Virus record (IMG/VR): IMGVR_UViG_2706794926_000001 | Length of the DNA stretch: 64,000 nucleotides | Strand: one strand, 5' to 3' | Source of the DNA: an uncultured virus (IMG/VR IMGVR_UViG_2706794926_000001) | Lineage: Duplodnaviria > Heunggongvirae > Uroviricota > Caudoviricetes | Shown here: positions 9,448 to 19,468 of the stretch, piece after piece | Layout of the letters: every line of letters starts with the position of its first letter | How positions within the stretch are numbered: position 1 is the stretch's first letter | Translations under genes and position numbers: made by a program | The notes under the pieces: model-generated | What the model saw: the letters and a program-made list of their open reading frames with translations, nothing else | What the model was told of the DNA's origin: nothing | Database searches by the model: none

Positions 9448-10359
9448 ATGTGCAAAATCTGTAAAGCATGTGGTCAAAGTAACTTTGGAGTAATAGTTAA
9501 AAAAATTGAAAAAAGAGCTGCTAAAATTGTTAATGGAAAAATAACAGAGTACTTTAAAGGTTATGCGGAAGTAGAAGAAATAAGGGAAATTAATTATTGT
9601 TTTACCTGTAGAAAGAATGTCACTGAGGAAGATCTAAGTGAAGTTCATATATGCAAAGTATGTAAAAGGGAAGCTTTAGAGGTAAATAAAAATGGAATAT
9701 GTTTAGAGTGTAGTAAAGAAGCTGAAAAGCTGATAGACATATCAAAGGAAGAGTTAATCTTAATGATTTTGAAGCAGAATAAAAAGGTTGAAACTGAGTT
9801 AAGTGATATAGGTAATTTTAATGAATCCTTGGAAATATCTGAAGAAAAAAAACTAATTGATTCAAAAGAATCCTCTACATCCCAAGAGCTTTGTAAGTTG
9901 GGGGTACATGATGAATTAGATAAAGTGACTGAGTCACATGAAATAGTTGAAGAAAATCAAAAGAAAGCTCAAAGTAAAAAAAGAAAAATTGAAGAAAAAT
10001 TAGTTAAAAATAGCAGAAAAAGTGTTACAATAGAAAAAGAAAACAAAATAGCTAAACTTAATCATGAGCAAAAAGTCGAAATCGACGTCGAAAAAAATAT
10101 GTCTTCAAGGAAGAAAAATAGAATTAAAACAAATGGTACTAATAAAAGTATTTCAAAAAATGAAGGTATTGGTATTAGCCAAGAAGTTAATGATATAGCC
10201 GTAGTAGGTACTGTTAAAGATGAAATGGATATTTTTAATATAGAGAAAAAAGCTTATTACAAAGAAGTGGTTAATAGCACATTAATCGAAATTGAAGACA
10301 TTATAAAAAGCATGGACAATAAAAATATTATTGATGATGGTATAGGTATATCTTATTAA
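9448..10359 (+). CDS. Hypothetical protein with an N-terminal Cys-rich (CxxC) putative zinc-binding region and charged low-complexity C-terminus
   Basis: CKICKAC, CFTC, CKVC, CLEC; strong AGGAGG RBS. Confidence 0.7.
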   Translation: MCKICKACGQSNFGVIVKKIEKRAAKIVNGKITEYFKGYAEVEEIREINYCFTCRKNVTEEDLSEVHICKVCKREALEVNKNGICLECSKEAEKLIDISKEELILMILKQNKKVETELSDIGNFNESLEISEEKKLIDSKESSTSQELCKLGVHDELDKVTESHEIVEENQKKAQSKKRKIEEKLVKNSRKSVTIEKENKIAKLNHEQKVEIDVEKNMSSRKKNRIKTNGTNKSISKNEGIGISQEVNDIAVVGTVKDEMDIFNIEKKAYYKEVVNSTLIEIEDIIKSMDNKNIIDDGIGISY

Positions 10360-10411
10360 GTTTAGCAAGGATAAGAAATTAGTATTTTAAAATTATAAGG
10401 AGGAAATAGTA

Positions 10412-10696
10412 ATGAAGGTTTTTGGAGCAAGATGCATCGTAAAGGAAGAAAAGCAAGGGGAGGAAACTGTTTCTGGAATCATAATTCCAGGTAAGGATAA
10501 AGAACCTACTTATGTTGGAAGAGTTATAGCTGTTGGTGATGGGGCTCTTCTTGAAAATGGTGAAAGAGTTTCTATGCAGGTTAAAGAAGGAGATAGAATT
10601 GCATATACTACCTTTTCAGGTTCTCCAATAAAAAATGGAGATGATGAATTTATAATATTAAATGAAAGAGATATACTTTGTGTACTAGAAGATTAG
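10412..10696 (+). CDS. groES: GroES/Cpn10 co-chaperonin (no adjacent groEL)
   Basis: ETVSGIIIPG mobile loop, GRVIAVGDG, VKEGDRI, ILNERDIL; 94 aa. Confidence 0.93.
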   Translation: MKVFGARCIVKEEKQGEETVSGIIIPGKDKEPTYVGRVIAVGDGALLENGERVSMQVKEGDRIAYTTFSGSPIKNGDDEFIILNERDILCVLED

Positions 10697-10771
10697 ATTA
10701 AGTTTATGTTAGAGGATTGAATTTATTTTATGTTAGAAAATTAGATTAATTTATTATTAGGAGAGGATGAC

Positions 10772-13700
10772 ATGAGATACGCATTGCTTCACAATCATAC
10801 TAAGTTTTCAATAAAGGATTCTCTAACTCCTCCAGTAGAGTATGTTAAGGCTATTAATGAATATAATAATTCCAATGGAGAGCATGAAATAGTGGCCTTT
10901 GCTTTAACTGATAATTCAAATATGTATGGATTAATAGATTATCATAAGGCCTGCATAGAACAAGTGGAGAATAATATTTGTAAAAAATTGAAGCCTATTT
11001 ATGGAAATGAAATCTATCATATTGATAGTTACATTGACATAGCAAAATTAAAATATGAAGAAATATATCATTTGGTTCTTCTTGCAGCAAATGAGGAAGG
11101 GTTAGAAAATTTGTATGCAATAACCACAGAGGCAGGAATACATAAAGTAAAACTTCCTTCTTATGAAATGCCATCAGCTGAGGAAGGTTATTTGGAGGAG
11201 CATGGAAGAGGGATTATAGCCTTAAGTGGTGGATTATACAGCAAAATAGGGCATTTTATTATAAATGATCAATATGAAGAAGCAAAGGATTTAGCCTTAT
11301 ATTTTCAAAATATTTTTGATGAATTTTACTTAGAAATATTGCCTTATGATGATTGTGATGAAGTAATGTGCATAAATAGAGCTCTATTAAAAATTCATAA
11401 GGAAACTGGTTTGCCTTTGGTGATTACGGGAGACACTCATTATATTTATAAAGAAGATAAAGAATATCAGGATATTTTAAAATCTATAAATAATATGGAA
11501 GTTTCTAAGGTAAATAGCCATATGAGAACTCCTGAAGAGATGATAAGCTGGTGCAAAGGAAATGATATCCCCCTCGAAGCAGTTGAAAATACAGGAAAGA
11601 TTGCTGATAAGTGCAATGTGGATATTACTCCAAAGGGTACAAAAAGCCTTATGCCATCCTTTAAGTGTCCAAAGGGATATACTCCTAATAGTTATTTAAA
11701 AAAGGAAATGTTTTTAGGGTTTAAAAAGAAATTTTTATTAGGAAAGAAGACAAGCTCCATAAAAAAATATATTAAAAGACTAAATTATGAATATACAATA
11801 ATTACATCTATGGGATACAGTAGTTATTTTTTAATATTGTGGGATTGGTGTCGATATTGTAAAAATAATGATATTCTTTTAGGACCAGGAAGAGGTTCTT
11901 GTACTGGAAGTTTAATTGCTTACTGTTTAGATATAACAAATATTGATCCTGTTAAAAATAATCTTATTTTTGAAAGGTTTTTAAATCCTGAAAGAATGGA
12001 TGAGCCAGATATAGACACAGATGTATCTAGTGTAGACAGGAAAGAGGCTATTGAATATTTTCAAAACAAATATGGAATTGAATATGTCTGCCAGATTGCA
12101 GCTTTTAATAAGTATAAAATAAAAAGTGCAATCAAAGCAGTTTTGGCAAGAAACAATGGCTATGATAATAAATTTAAGAATGATATTACAAGGAATATCC
12201 CAGATTTTTTAGGCGGGGAAAGTGTGACCTATGAGCTCTTAGAAGATATTAAAAAAAATCCCTATAATCATAACAAGTTATCACAAAGAGAAATTAATCA
12301 AGCAGCTATTATTTATGATAAGCTTCAAAAGTTATTTGCTAGAGACAGGAAGCTTGAAAGGGCTGTAAAAAAGCTATGCGGTGGAATAAGCAAAGTGAGT
12401 ATTCACGCAGGAGGAGTTGTTATTTCATCTCAAAAAATAAAAAAGCACATGCCTCTTATGGTTGGTAGTGAATCTGCTGTTTTATTGGTATCTCAATTTA
12501 ATATGGAAGGAATTCATTATCTTCATGGCTTGAAGATTGATGTTCTTGGATTAAAGTCGTTGAGCATTATAAAAGAAGCTATGAAGACTATAGGACTTGA
12601 AAGAAGATGGTTTCAAAGTGATGATACAAATGACGAAAAAGTTTACCGCTTTTTAAGGAATGGAAATACAAAGAATATATTTCAAATGTCTAAATATGTG
12701 GCAACACAAATGATAAGAGACTTTAAGGTATCGGATTTAGATGGACTCAGTACAGTAAATGCCTGCAATCGCCCAGGGCCTTTAGCTAAAGGTGTTGATG
12801 GAAAATCAATGGTTGATAAATATAAGGCTGCAGTTATGGGAAGAGATATAGAAAATAATTTAATAGATTCTGTAGGCAAAGACACGAAAGGTGTTTTGAT
12901 TTATCAGGAACAACTTATAAAACTTGGACAAGTTATGGCTGGTTACAGTCTTGGAAATGCAGACTTGAGAATAAGAAAGACCATAGCCAAAAAGGATAAG
13001 GGAAGGATAGCAGAAATTAGAAATGAATTTGTTTATGGAAAACAGTCCTTATTTAATGAAAAAGGAGAGGTATGCGGAATTTCAAAGGAACCTTCAAAGT
13101 ATTGCGTTGGCGCATTAAGGCTTGGTTTTTCGGAAGAAGAAGCTTTAAGGGTTTTTAAAAATATAGAAACTTCTGCAGCATACTGTTTTAATAAATCCCA
13201 TTCTTATGCCTATGCATTTTTAGCCTATAAGACAGCTTGGCTTAGTTTATATTATCCAGCAGAATATGCAGCAGCATGTATGAATTTTTATGCTATGGAT
13301 GGAAAAACAGAAGAGATTACAAAAACCTTAGGAGAGGTTAAACAGAGACATATTAAAATTTTTCCTCCTGATATAAATGAATCTAAGGCAGATTTTAATG
13401 TTGGTTTAAACAATGGAGATAAAAGTATAAGGTTTGGTCTTCTTGGAATAAAAGAAATTGGAAAAACTGTACTTGATTCAGTTAGAGTTTTAATAAAAAT
13501 TGATGGACCTTTTACTTCTTTTGATGATTTTTTAAAAAGGACTTTAGATGATGTAAATAATGGTACCTTAAGAAAAGAACTTAGTAAAAACTATGCTAAT
13601 GTCACACGAAAGCGTGATAAAAATGGAAAAATAGTGATAAATGTGAGAAATCCATTCTCTAAAAGAAATGTGACAGCACTTATTAAAGCTGGAGCTTTTG

Positions 13701-13873
13701 ATAGGTTTGAACTTAACAGATACAAATTATTTAACGATTTTATAAAGTTTAGAAATAAAAAGAAGGAATTAGAAAGTGAGTTATTAGAAGAAAAAAACTT
13801 TAATAGAGAGAAAAAATTACAATGGGAGTTAGAAACTTTGGGATATAATGCTTCAGGAGACGTAAGATCATGA
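10772..13873 (+). CDS. dnaE: DNA polymerase III alpha subunit (DnaE type), ending before the OB-fold and C-terminal domain
   Basis: PHP HNHTKFS, GPGRGS, FERFLNPER, PDIDTD, SIHAGGVVI, KIDVLGL, YCFNKSHSYAY, IRFGL..IK.IG. Confidence 0.95.
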   Translation: MRYALLHNHTKFSIKDSLTPPVEYVKAINEYNNSNGEHEIVAFALTDNSNMYGLIDYHKACIEQVENNICKKLKPIYGNEIYHIDSYIDIAKLKYEEIYHLVLLAANEEGLENLYAITTEAGIHKVKLPSYEMPSAEEGYLEEHGRGIIALSGGLYSKIGHFIINDQYEEAKDLALYFQNIFDEFYLEILPYDDCDEVMCINRALLKIHKETGLPLVITGDTHYIYKEDKEYQDILKSINNMEVSKVNSHMRTPEEMISWCKGNDIPLEAVENTGKIADKCNVDITPKGTKSLMPSFKCPKGYTPNSYLKKEMFLGFKKKFLLGKKTSSIKKYIKRLNYEYTIITSMGYSSYFLILWDWCRYCKNNDILLGPGRGSCTGSLIAYCLDITNIDPVKNNLIFERFLNPERMDEPDIDTDVSSVDRKEAIEYFQNKYGIEYVCQIAAFNKYKIKSAIKAVLARNNGYDNKFKNDITRNIPDFLGGESVTYELLEDIKKNPYNHNKLSQREINQAAIIYDKLQKLFARDRKLERAVKKLCGGISKVSIHAGGVVISSQKIKKHMPLMVGSESAVLLVSQFNMEGIHYLHGLKIDVLGLKSLSIIKEAMKTIGLERRWFQSDDTNDEKVYRFLRNGNTKNIFQMSKYVATQMIRDFKVSDLDGLSTVNACNRPGPLAKGVDGKSMVDKYKAAVMGRDIENNLIDSVGKDTKGVLIYQEQLIKLGQVMAGYSLGNADLRIRKTIAKKDKGRIAEIRNEFVYGKQSLFNEKGEVCGISKEPSKYCVGALRLGFSEEEALRVFKNIETSAAYCFNKSHSYAYAFLAYKTAWLSLYYPAEYAAACMNFYAMDGKTEEITKTLGEVKQRHIKIFPPDINESKADFNVGLNNGDKSIRFGLLGIKEIGKTVLDSVRVLIKIDGPFTSFDDFLKRTLDDVNNGTLRKELSKNYANVTRKRDKNGKIVINVRNPFSKRNVTALIKAGAFDRFELNRYKLFNDFIKFRNKKKELESELLEEKNFNREKKLQWELETLGYNASGDVRS

Positions 13874-13921
13874 GGAACTGAAGCTTTTGATAAAATAAAA
13901 TTTTAGGAGAGGTTTTATAAA

Positions 13922-14188
13922 ATGAAGGATTATTTTAAAAGTGCAGTGGCCTATTATTTTAAATATCTTGTTGGAGAGGGCTATAATGATCCTGTTCAAG
14001 TAATAATATATGATTTTCTTGAAACAATTAAAATTACAAAAGAGCAGCAAGATTTTATGATAAATAGTTTTGATATAAACAAAAAAGATATTTTCAATTT
14101 ATTAATTTTAATAGAAAAGATGAAATCAGATAAAAAAATAGATGAGGAGTCTTTGGATCTAATTGCTGATTATATAAAGCATTTGTAA
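13922..14188 (+). CDS. Hypothetical protein
   Basis: 88-aa ORF with AGGAGAGG RBS, in operon after dnaE. Confidence 0.65.
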   Translation: MKDYFKSAVAYYFKYLVGEGYNDPVQVIIYDFLETIKITKEQQDFMINSFDINKKDIFNLLILIEKMKSDKKIDEESLDLIADYIKHL

Positions 14189-14248
14189 AACTTCTCTAAA
14201 ACGAAAATTTGGGATATTTTTTGCTTTAAGAAAGGAATAGATGTAATA

Positions 14249-14779
14249 ATGAAGAACAACGAGGAAAATTTCAATTCTTTACATATTGTGAATAAAGGAA
14301 TTGAAGATAAATATTTTGCTAATGGTGAAATTATACAAAAGATTTTTGATGTTGTAAGGAAGAATTTTATACTCAAGGATTCATTATTTGGCAATTATGC
14401 AGCTGATACAATAATTGCTATTAACTTGAATGAATCTAAACTCAGTATTATAGAAGAAAGAATAAAGGAATTTTACGATAGAAATGGTGCAGATTTTTAT
14501 GATATATACTTAACGCTTTATGAAAAGACAAATGATGACATGATAAATAATAAGTTACTTGAAAAGGAAATTCAAATAATTAAACCGAGAAAAATTATAT
14601 ATCTTGGATTTGATAATTGCTCTGGACCAGCTTTATCTGAGAAAGAATTAGAAATATTAGTTTCTGGAATAAGTGATTTCAATAAAAAAGACACACCAGA
14701 ATATAAATATGTTAATGATAAATTTAAGCTTCTAATGGAATATGCTGCTTTAGAAAATAAAATGGGTAATATAAGTTAA
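14249..14779 (+). CDS. Hypothetical protein, possibly a degenerate uracil-DNA-glycosylase-like fold
   Basis: LEKEIQIIKPRKIIYLG resembles the family-4 UDG L..EI..I.P..I..LG motif; AAGGA RBS. Confidence 0.55.
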   Translation: MKNNEENFNSLHIVNKGIEDKYFANGEIIQKIFDVVRKNFILKDSLFGNYAADTIIAINLNESKLSIIEERIKEFYDRNGADFYDIYLTLYEKTNDDMINNKLLEKEIQIIKPRKIIYLGFDNCSGPALSEKELEILVSGISDFNKKDTPEYKYVNDKFKLLMEYAALENKMGNIS

Positions 14780-14791
14780 TGGAGGACTATT

Positions 14792-15268
14792 ATGATTCAG
14801 TCAACTTATACAAATAAAGAATGGGAAGATAAAGAAAATGAATATCTTTTAAAAATTAATTCCATAGTCATTCCATTAAAGCCAACACCAATTGAAGTTA
14901 TGGGAATTGTAAGCAGGCTGGACAACCTTCACACAGAAGCAAGCTTTGATTATTCAAATTTTAAACGAAAGCTGGAGCTTGCTAATATGGATTTAAGGAA
15001 TGCAGAAATTGAATACTTTTCTATAATTAAGCATCAGCAACAAAACTTAGGGTATAAGGTTACAGAGAATGATATAAAAGGGTTAGTTAAAAGTTATATT
15101 TCTAATAATATTATTAATGGATATTCCTCTGATTTATATACTTTAGTAAAATATTATATTTTCAGAACGACATTTATGGATCAGGTACTTAAATCCATAT
15201 TGGAAAAGAAACAAAGCATAAATATTATAAAGACAATGATGGAAACATACAATAATAAGAAAAATTAG
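14792..15268 (+). CDS. Hypothetical helical protein (weak resemblance to UvsY-like recombination mediators)
   Basis: GGAGG RBS; coiled-coil character and KVTENDIK segment; function speculative. Confidence 0.6.
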   Translation: MIQSTYTNKEWEDKENEYLLKINSIVIPLKPTPIEVMGIVSRLDNLHTEASFDYSNFKRKLELANMDLRNAEIEYFSIIKHQQQNLGYKVTENDIKGLVKSYISNNIINGYSSDLYTLVKYYIFRTTFMDQVLKSILEKKQSINIIKTMMETYNNKKN

Positions 15269-15289
15269 AAAAAAATATATAAAATGTTA

Positions 15290-15318
15290 TTGTAATACAA
15301 AAATATAAGTGTTATAAT
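15290..15318 (+). promoter_or_regulatory. Sigma-A-type promoter with extended -10
   Basis: TTGTAA (15290-15295), 17-bp spacer, TG.TATAAT (15313-15318). Confidence 0.7.
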
Positions 15319-15324
15319 AAATAT

Positions 15325-15724
15325 GCAATACACCATAAAGCCCATTAACGGGCACCGTATCCCTATAAGTATAGATGATGAAGTTTTTGAAGTTTAAAGT
15401 CGATTTCGACATATAGTTTTTCAATTTTAAACTCTATAGAAACGTTGAATCTCATCCATTTTTATTCGTTATCTATAATATACCTTGAAAGCTAAAGTAA
15501 ATGTATTAATAATATGTTCTTTGGCTTTCATCTCCCACAAAAATTGAATTTATGCTGCTAATATTTAATTATGTATTCTATCCATAAATTTAAACGCATT
15601 AAACTCCTATTAAGTAAGCACATAATGTTAATAATCTCTCTTTCTATAAATATAGCAGCTAAATATATAAATAAGTATCACAGAATAGCCAAAAAATAAA
15701 TTGTTTTGTGATGCTTATTTTATT
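15325..15724 (+). ncRNA. Candidate ~400-nt structured non-coding RNA
   Basis: Lies between the promoter and a terminator with no substantial ORF; at least five stems whose deviations are mostly G-U pairs on the + strand. Confidence 0.55.
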
Positions 15725-15726
15725 TT
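15669..15726 (+). terminator. Intrinsic terminator closing the candidate ncRNA
   Basis: 20-bp stem 15669-15688/15701-15720 (4 G-U pairs) followed by TATTTT. Confidence 0.65.
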
Positions 15727-16443
15727 ATAATATATGTTAATTTAAAAAATATAGTTAATTGTTCCATATTTCAACAAATTAAACAAATAATTTTATTTAT
15801 TTATTTAATTTAATATTATAAATCTCAAAAAAACAAAATTATCACCCTATATTATTTACAAAAAAGGAAAAAATATTACATTGTGAAAGCCGAATTATTA
15901 TATAGGGATATATTTGTTGTGAGAAAGAATTGTATTCAAGAGTAAAATAAATCTAGTTTGAATTTTGATGAAACAGGTAAAAATAGCGTTACTAAAAAGT
16001 GTGTTTTCGGGAAATGTAAATTTCCCGAAATAAAAAAATGGTATTTTTCAATGGTTTGAGCGGAATTATAAAAAATTAAATAAAGAGGTTTTTTTTTCGA
16101 AATCGACTATGCATAGATTGTGGCAAATTTTTGGATTTGAAAATTAAATAAAACTAGTATAAATCTGATTTGAAAAAATATAAATTTGAAAATATTTCTA
16201 TTTCGTTATAGAGAAAGTTCAATATATATATAGCTAAATATGTATATATATTAAATCAATTAAATTATATAGAAGAAATTACTTTCAATATAAAATTTGA
16301 CAGAAATAACTATATTATTCTATATAAATGTAATATAATAAAAATACAGGTATGCAAAAAGCATATGAATAGATAACAATTCCAGGGCGGAACAGATTCG
16401 TCTGATTACGAAGAGTTACTAAAATTAATAGAAGGTGAATATT

Positions 16444-19404
16444 GTGGCTGATAACAGCACTATATTACAAGAAGAACAAACATCAAAGGTACTTACAAAT
16501 AATTTATTGCTACGCGATAGTTTTGATAATAGCGGAGCTTTAATGGCTATTAAATTTGGAGGAGATATTCAAGAGTCAGATGGAGAGGATGCTAATTTTA
16601 CTTTAAGGTTTAAAGCAACTGAGGCTCAGGGTAATTTTGCTATTGATAGACATTTGCTAAACTTTGTATGTACAGCAGATGATAGTGGCGCAGTTCCTGC
16701 CATTACTTTTAATGATTATAAAATATGGAACGAAACAAATGATGGTCCAAATTCAGGACTAAATGCAGATTTACTTGATGGTAGACATGCTACTGAATTT
16801 AAAGATAGGTATGGTTATCATCATTTTCTTCATCAAGTTAATAAAGATCCTAAAACAACTGATGAAAAGAATTGGGTAAAAATAGCTACCTTTACTACAA
16901 GAAGAATTATGGGTAATAGATCAGATTTAGACTATACTCATGAGGGAAAACCAGCTTATGGAGGCGTATTTGAATATAGTGGAAATGGTGTCTTTGGAGT
17001 AGATCCTAAAGATGTTGTAGTTCCAGGAGGAAATGTAACTATTCCTGCAAAAAATATAAATTCTTTAAATCAAGCTCTTGCAACACTTGATATAAGAGAT
17101 CAATTTAAGGCAAATACCCCACAATTCTTAGACGAATACGACCCAGATGTATTTCATACAACTAACCTTTTAACAGAAGGTGTGTATAATGGAGCTTTAA
17201 GGGGCTGCGTTACTTTACTTAAAAATGATAATGCAACAACTTTTGATTTCCATGTTGGATTATTTGAAGATCCATTATATACAAAAGATACTACAATGAA
17301 TGATGCTTGGAATGGTATAAGAAAATATTTTTATGTAAGTTTACATGATGAAACCTTGCCATTTTTATCAGAAAAAGATGTCTATACTACTCCTAGTTAT
17401 GAGGATATGGACTCTAATTTAAACAAAGGCTATACCAAGGATGATAAAAGAAATTGGGATACAGATGATGAAAATGGAGATAAAGATGCTTCGGGTGCAG
17501 TTATTGATGGATATTCTGCAAGCTATCCTAATTTCCCGCAATATAGCTGGAGTTATAGCGGTAATACAGGAACAAAAAATTATCAAAATGATGTTACAAA
17601 TGAATTATCTGGTGGTACTAAAAGTGCAATGGCAAACTTGTATTTTACAAAACCTGATGTGGAAAAAGCTAAAAGGTTAAGAGAACTAAAGTTAGCTTAT
17701 GGAAATGATTATAAACTAGCTTTAGAAAGTGAACTTGCACGTTTGAAGGAATTAGGTCTTGCTATGGCAGATGGAGATTCGGATCCAAGTGGAGGTTCAG
17801 GACCAGGAGGTTCGAGCTCATCTGATGGTGAGGGCGGAAAGTCTTCAGATAAAGATTCTAGTAATGCAAACTTCAATTTTACTGAGTTAAGTCAGTTAGA
17901 CCCTCTTATTGAACAAGGAAGTGAAAGAAGACATGATTTTAAAGATGATCCTATTCCTCACTTGGAATATAGAGACGAAGATGTTGAAGCGATTACAGAT
18001 GTGCATACTGGTCCATTATCAAGAATAGATCTAGAAACTAAAATTCGTGGTAATTACCAAGAGTTACCAAAAACTATTCAAGAAGCTGAGCCATATAATG
18101 AAACAAAGAGAATGAGAAAGCCATTCCCAAAGAATAATGATGCAGATCAAGGGGATAAATATCAAACTTATATTGATATTATGAGATTATATCATGTAAA
18201 TACAATAGTGGAACCACTAGATGGGCTTCAAGTAGTAACTCATATATTTGAATTATATATGGCAATAGATGAAAAAACAGAAATAAGAATTCAGCCATAT
18301 ATGTCAAGTGCATGCCTTATGTATAATTTTAATGAATGTGTACCAACAGGAGAAATGCCAGCTGCAACACGTTATATAAGACCAAAATCTATATATGATA
18401 ATAGATATGCAAGTGTTCGACACAGGCATTATGACTATGAAAGAAGAATTTGGGAACTTACCTTAGAAGCAGATCAAATCTGGAAGAACTTTAAGAATTA
18501 TGTAGCAATTGATCAAGGTATGGATAATGCAAATAAAGTAATGCTTACAGATAAAGAAGGAAAAGTTTATGCTGCTGATGATAATATGGTAAGGCATTGT
18601 GAGCCAACAGATATAAATCCAGACACAGGAGAAGCGCCAAGAAGAAAAGGTTCAAGGGTTCTTGTAACAGGTGTTCCTGAAAATAGAACAATAGAAAATT
18701 GTAAAAGTTCTATAGGCACTTCTTGCGTTGAAGAAAGTGGTATTACAATAACAGAACTAAATAGCTTGAAAGGTATTCGGGGAAATATTCAAGATCAAAT
18801 AAACGATTTATTGGCTGCAGTAAATGATGAAGTTGAGAAAATATGGACAGACATTGGAGATGTATGGGAGGTATTGAAAAAAATAAAGGGATTGCTTGAA
18901 GATTTAGTTAAGGCATTAAATGCAGCATTAGGTAATTTCGTAAAGAAAACTGGAGATACTATGAATGGGTCTTTGTGGATTCAATATGATGGGAAGGCAT
19001 TAAAAAATGGAGCACCTAAAGGATTTGAGGAAAAAAATAAAGATGGAGGAGGAGAAACTTTCTGTGGAGTAAAATTCTATAGTACTGCTTCTGATGCAAA
19101 ACATGGTGGATATTTATATGGTGCAACTAATAAGACAAGTGTAGGGCTAGGGGTTCAAAGAAAAAATGGAGAAGATAGAGATGCAGATTGGGCTATAGCA
19201 CTTATAGCAGAAGAGAAGGTAGATGGCAAATACTTACCTCTTAGGTGCAATTTTAATTTTAATAGAATAACTTTTGCAATAGATGGTAGAGATGATACGA
19301 AATTAGATGCAAATGGTAAAGAGATTCCTGCTAATACTTTTTCAATAGATTTTAAAAAGCTTTATGATTGGTATAATAGCACTCATACGGAAACATTAGA
19401 TTAG
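16444..19404 (+). CDS. Large putative virion fibre or structural protein
   Basis: Tail-fibre-type motifs GPNSGLNADLLDGRHATEF and FVKKTGDTMNG; coiled-coil segments; GTG at 16444 follows GAAGGTG (track start 16435). Confidence 0.6.
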   Translation: MADNSTILQEEQTSKVLTNNLLLRDSFDNSGALMAIKFGGDIQESDGEDANFTLRFKATEAQGNFAIDRHLLNFVCTADDSGAVPAITFNDYKIWNETNDGPNSGLNADLLDGRHATEFKDRYGYHHFLHQVNKDPKTTDEKNWVKIATFTTRRIMGNRSDLDYTHEGKPAYGGVFEYSGNGVFGVDPKDVVVPGGNVTIPAKNINSLNQALATLDIRDQFKANTPQFLDEYDPDVFHTTNLLTEGVYNGALRGCVTLLKNDNATTFDFHVGLFEDPLYTKDTTMNDAWNGIRKYFYVSLHDETLPFLSEKDVYTTPSYEDMDSNLNKGYTKDDKRNWDTDDENGDKDASGAVIDGYSASYPNFPQYSWSYSGNTGTKNYQNDVTNELSGGTKSAMANLYFTKPDVEKAKRLRELKLAYGNDYKLALESELARLKELGLAMADGDSDPSGGSGPGGSSSSDGEGGKSSDKDSSNANFNFTELSQLDPLIEQGSERRHDFKDDPIPHLEYRDEDVEAITDVHTGPLSRIDLETKIRGNYQELPKTIQEAEPYNETKRMRKPFPKNNDADQGDKYQTYIDIMRLYHVNTIVEPLDGLQVVTHIFELYMAIDEKTEIRIQPYMSSACLMYNFNECVPTGEMPAATRYIRPKSIYDNRYASVRHRHYDYERRIWELTLEADQIWKNFKNYVAIDQGMDNANKVMLTDKEGKVYAADDNMVRHCEPTDINPDTGEAPRRKGSRVLVTGVPENRTIENCKSSIGTSCVEESGITITELNSLKGIRGNIQDQINDLLAAVNDEVEKIWTDIGDVWEVLKKIKGLLEDLVKALNAALGNFVKKTGDTMNGSLWIQYDGKALKNGAPKGFEEKNKDGGGETFCGVKFYSTASDAKHGGYLYGATNKTSVGLGVQRKNGEDRDADWAIALIAEEKVDGKYLPLRCNFNFNRITFAIDGRDDTKLDANGKEIPANTFSIDFKKLYDWYNSTHTETLD

Positions 19405-19468
19405 TTTCTTCAATTGTTCTTTGCAATAGAAGAGACGCTATTGCAAAGAATTTAATATTTTTAGGGAG

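Noticed and set aside
10772..13873. Intein or intron in dnaE
   Set aside because: The frame is continuous, motif spacing is normal and no splice-junction or homing-endonuclease motifs are evident
15558..15599. 13-codon - strand ORF (MRLNLWIEYIIKY) with AGGAG RBS as a type I toxin opposite the candidate ncRNA
   Set aside because: Too short for a typical membrane toxin and G-U asymmetry favours the + strand RNA; not fully excluded
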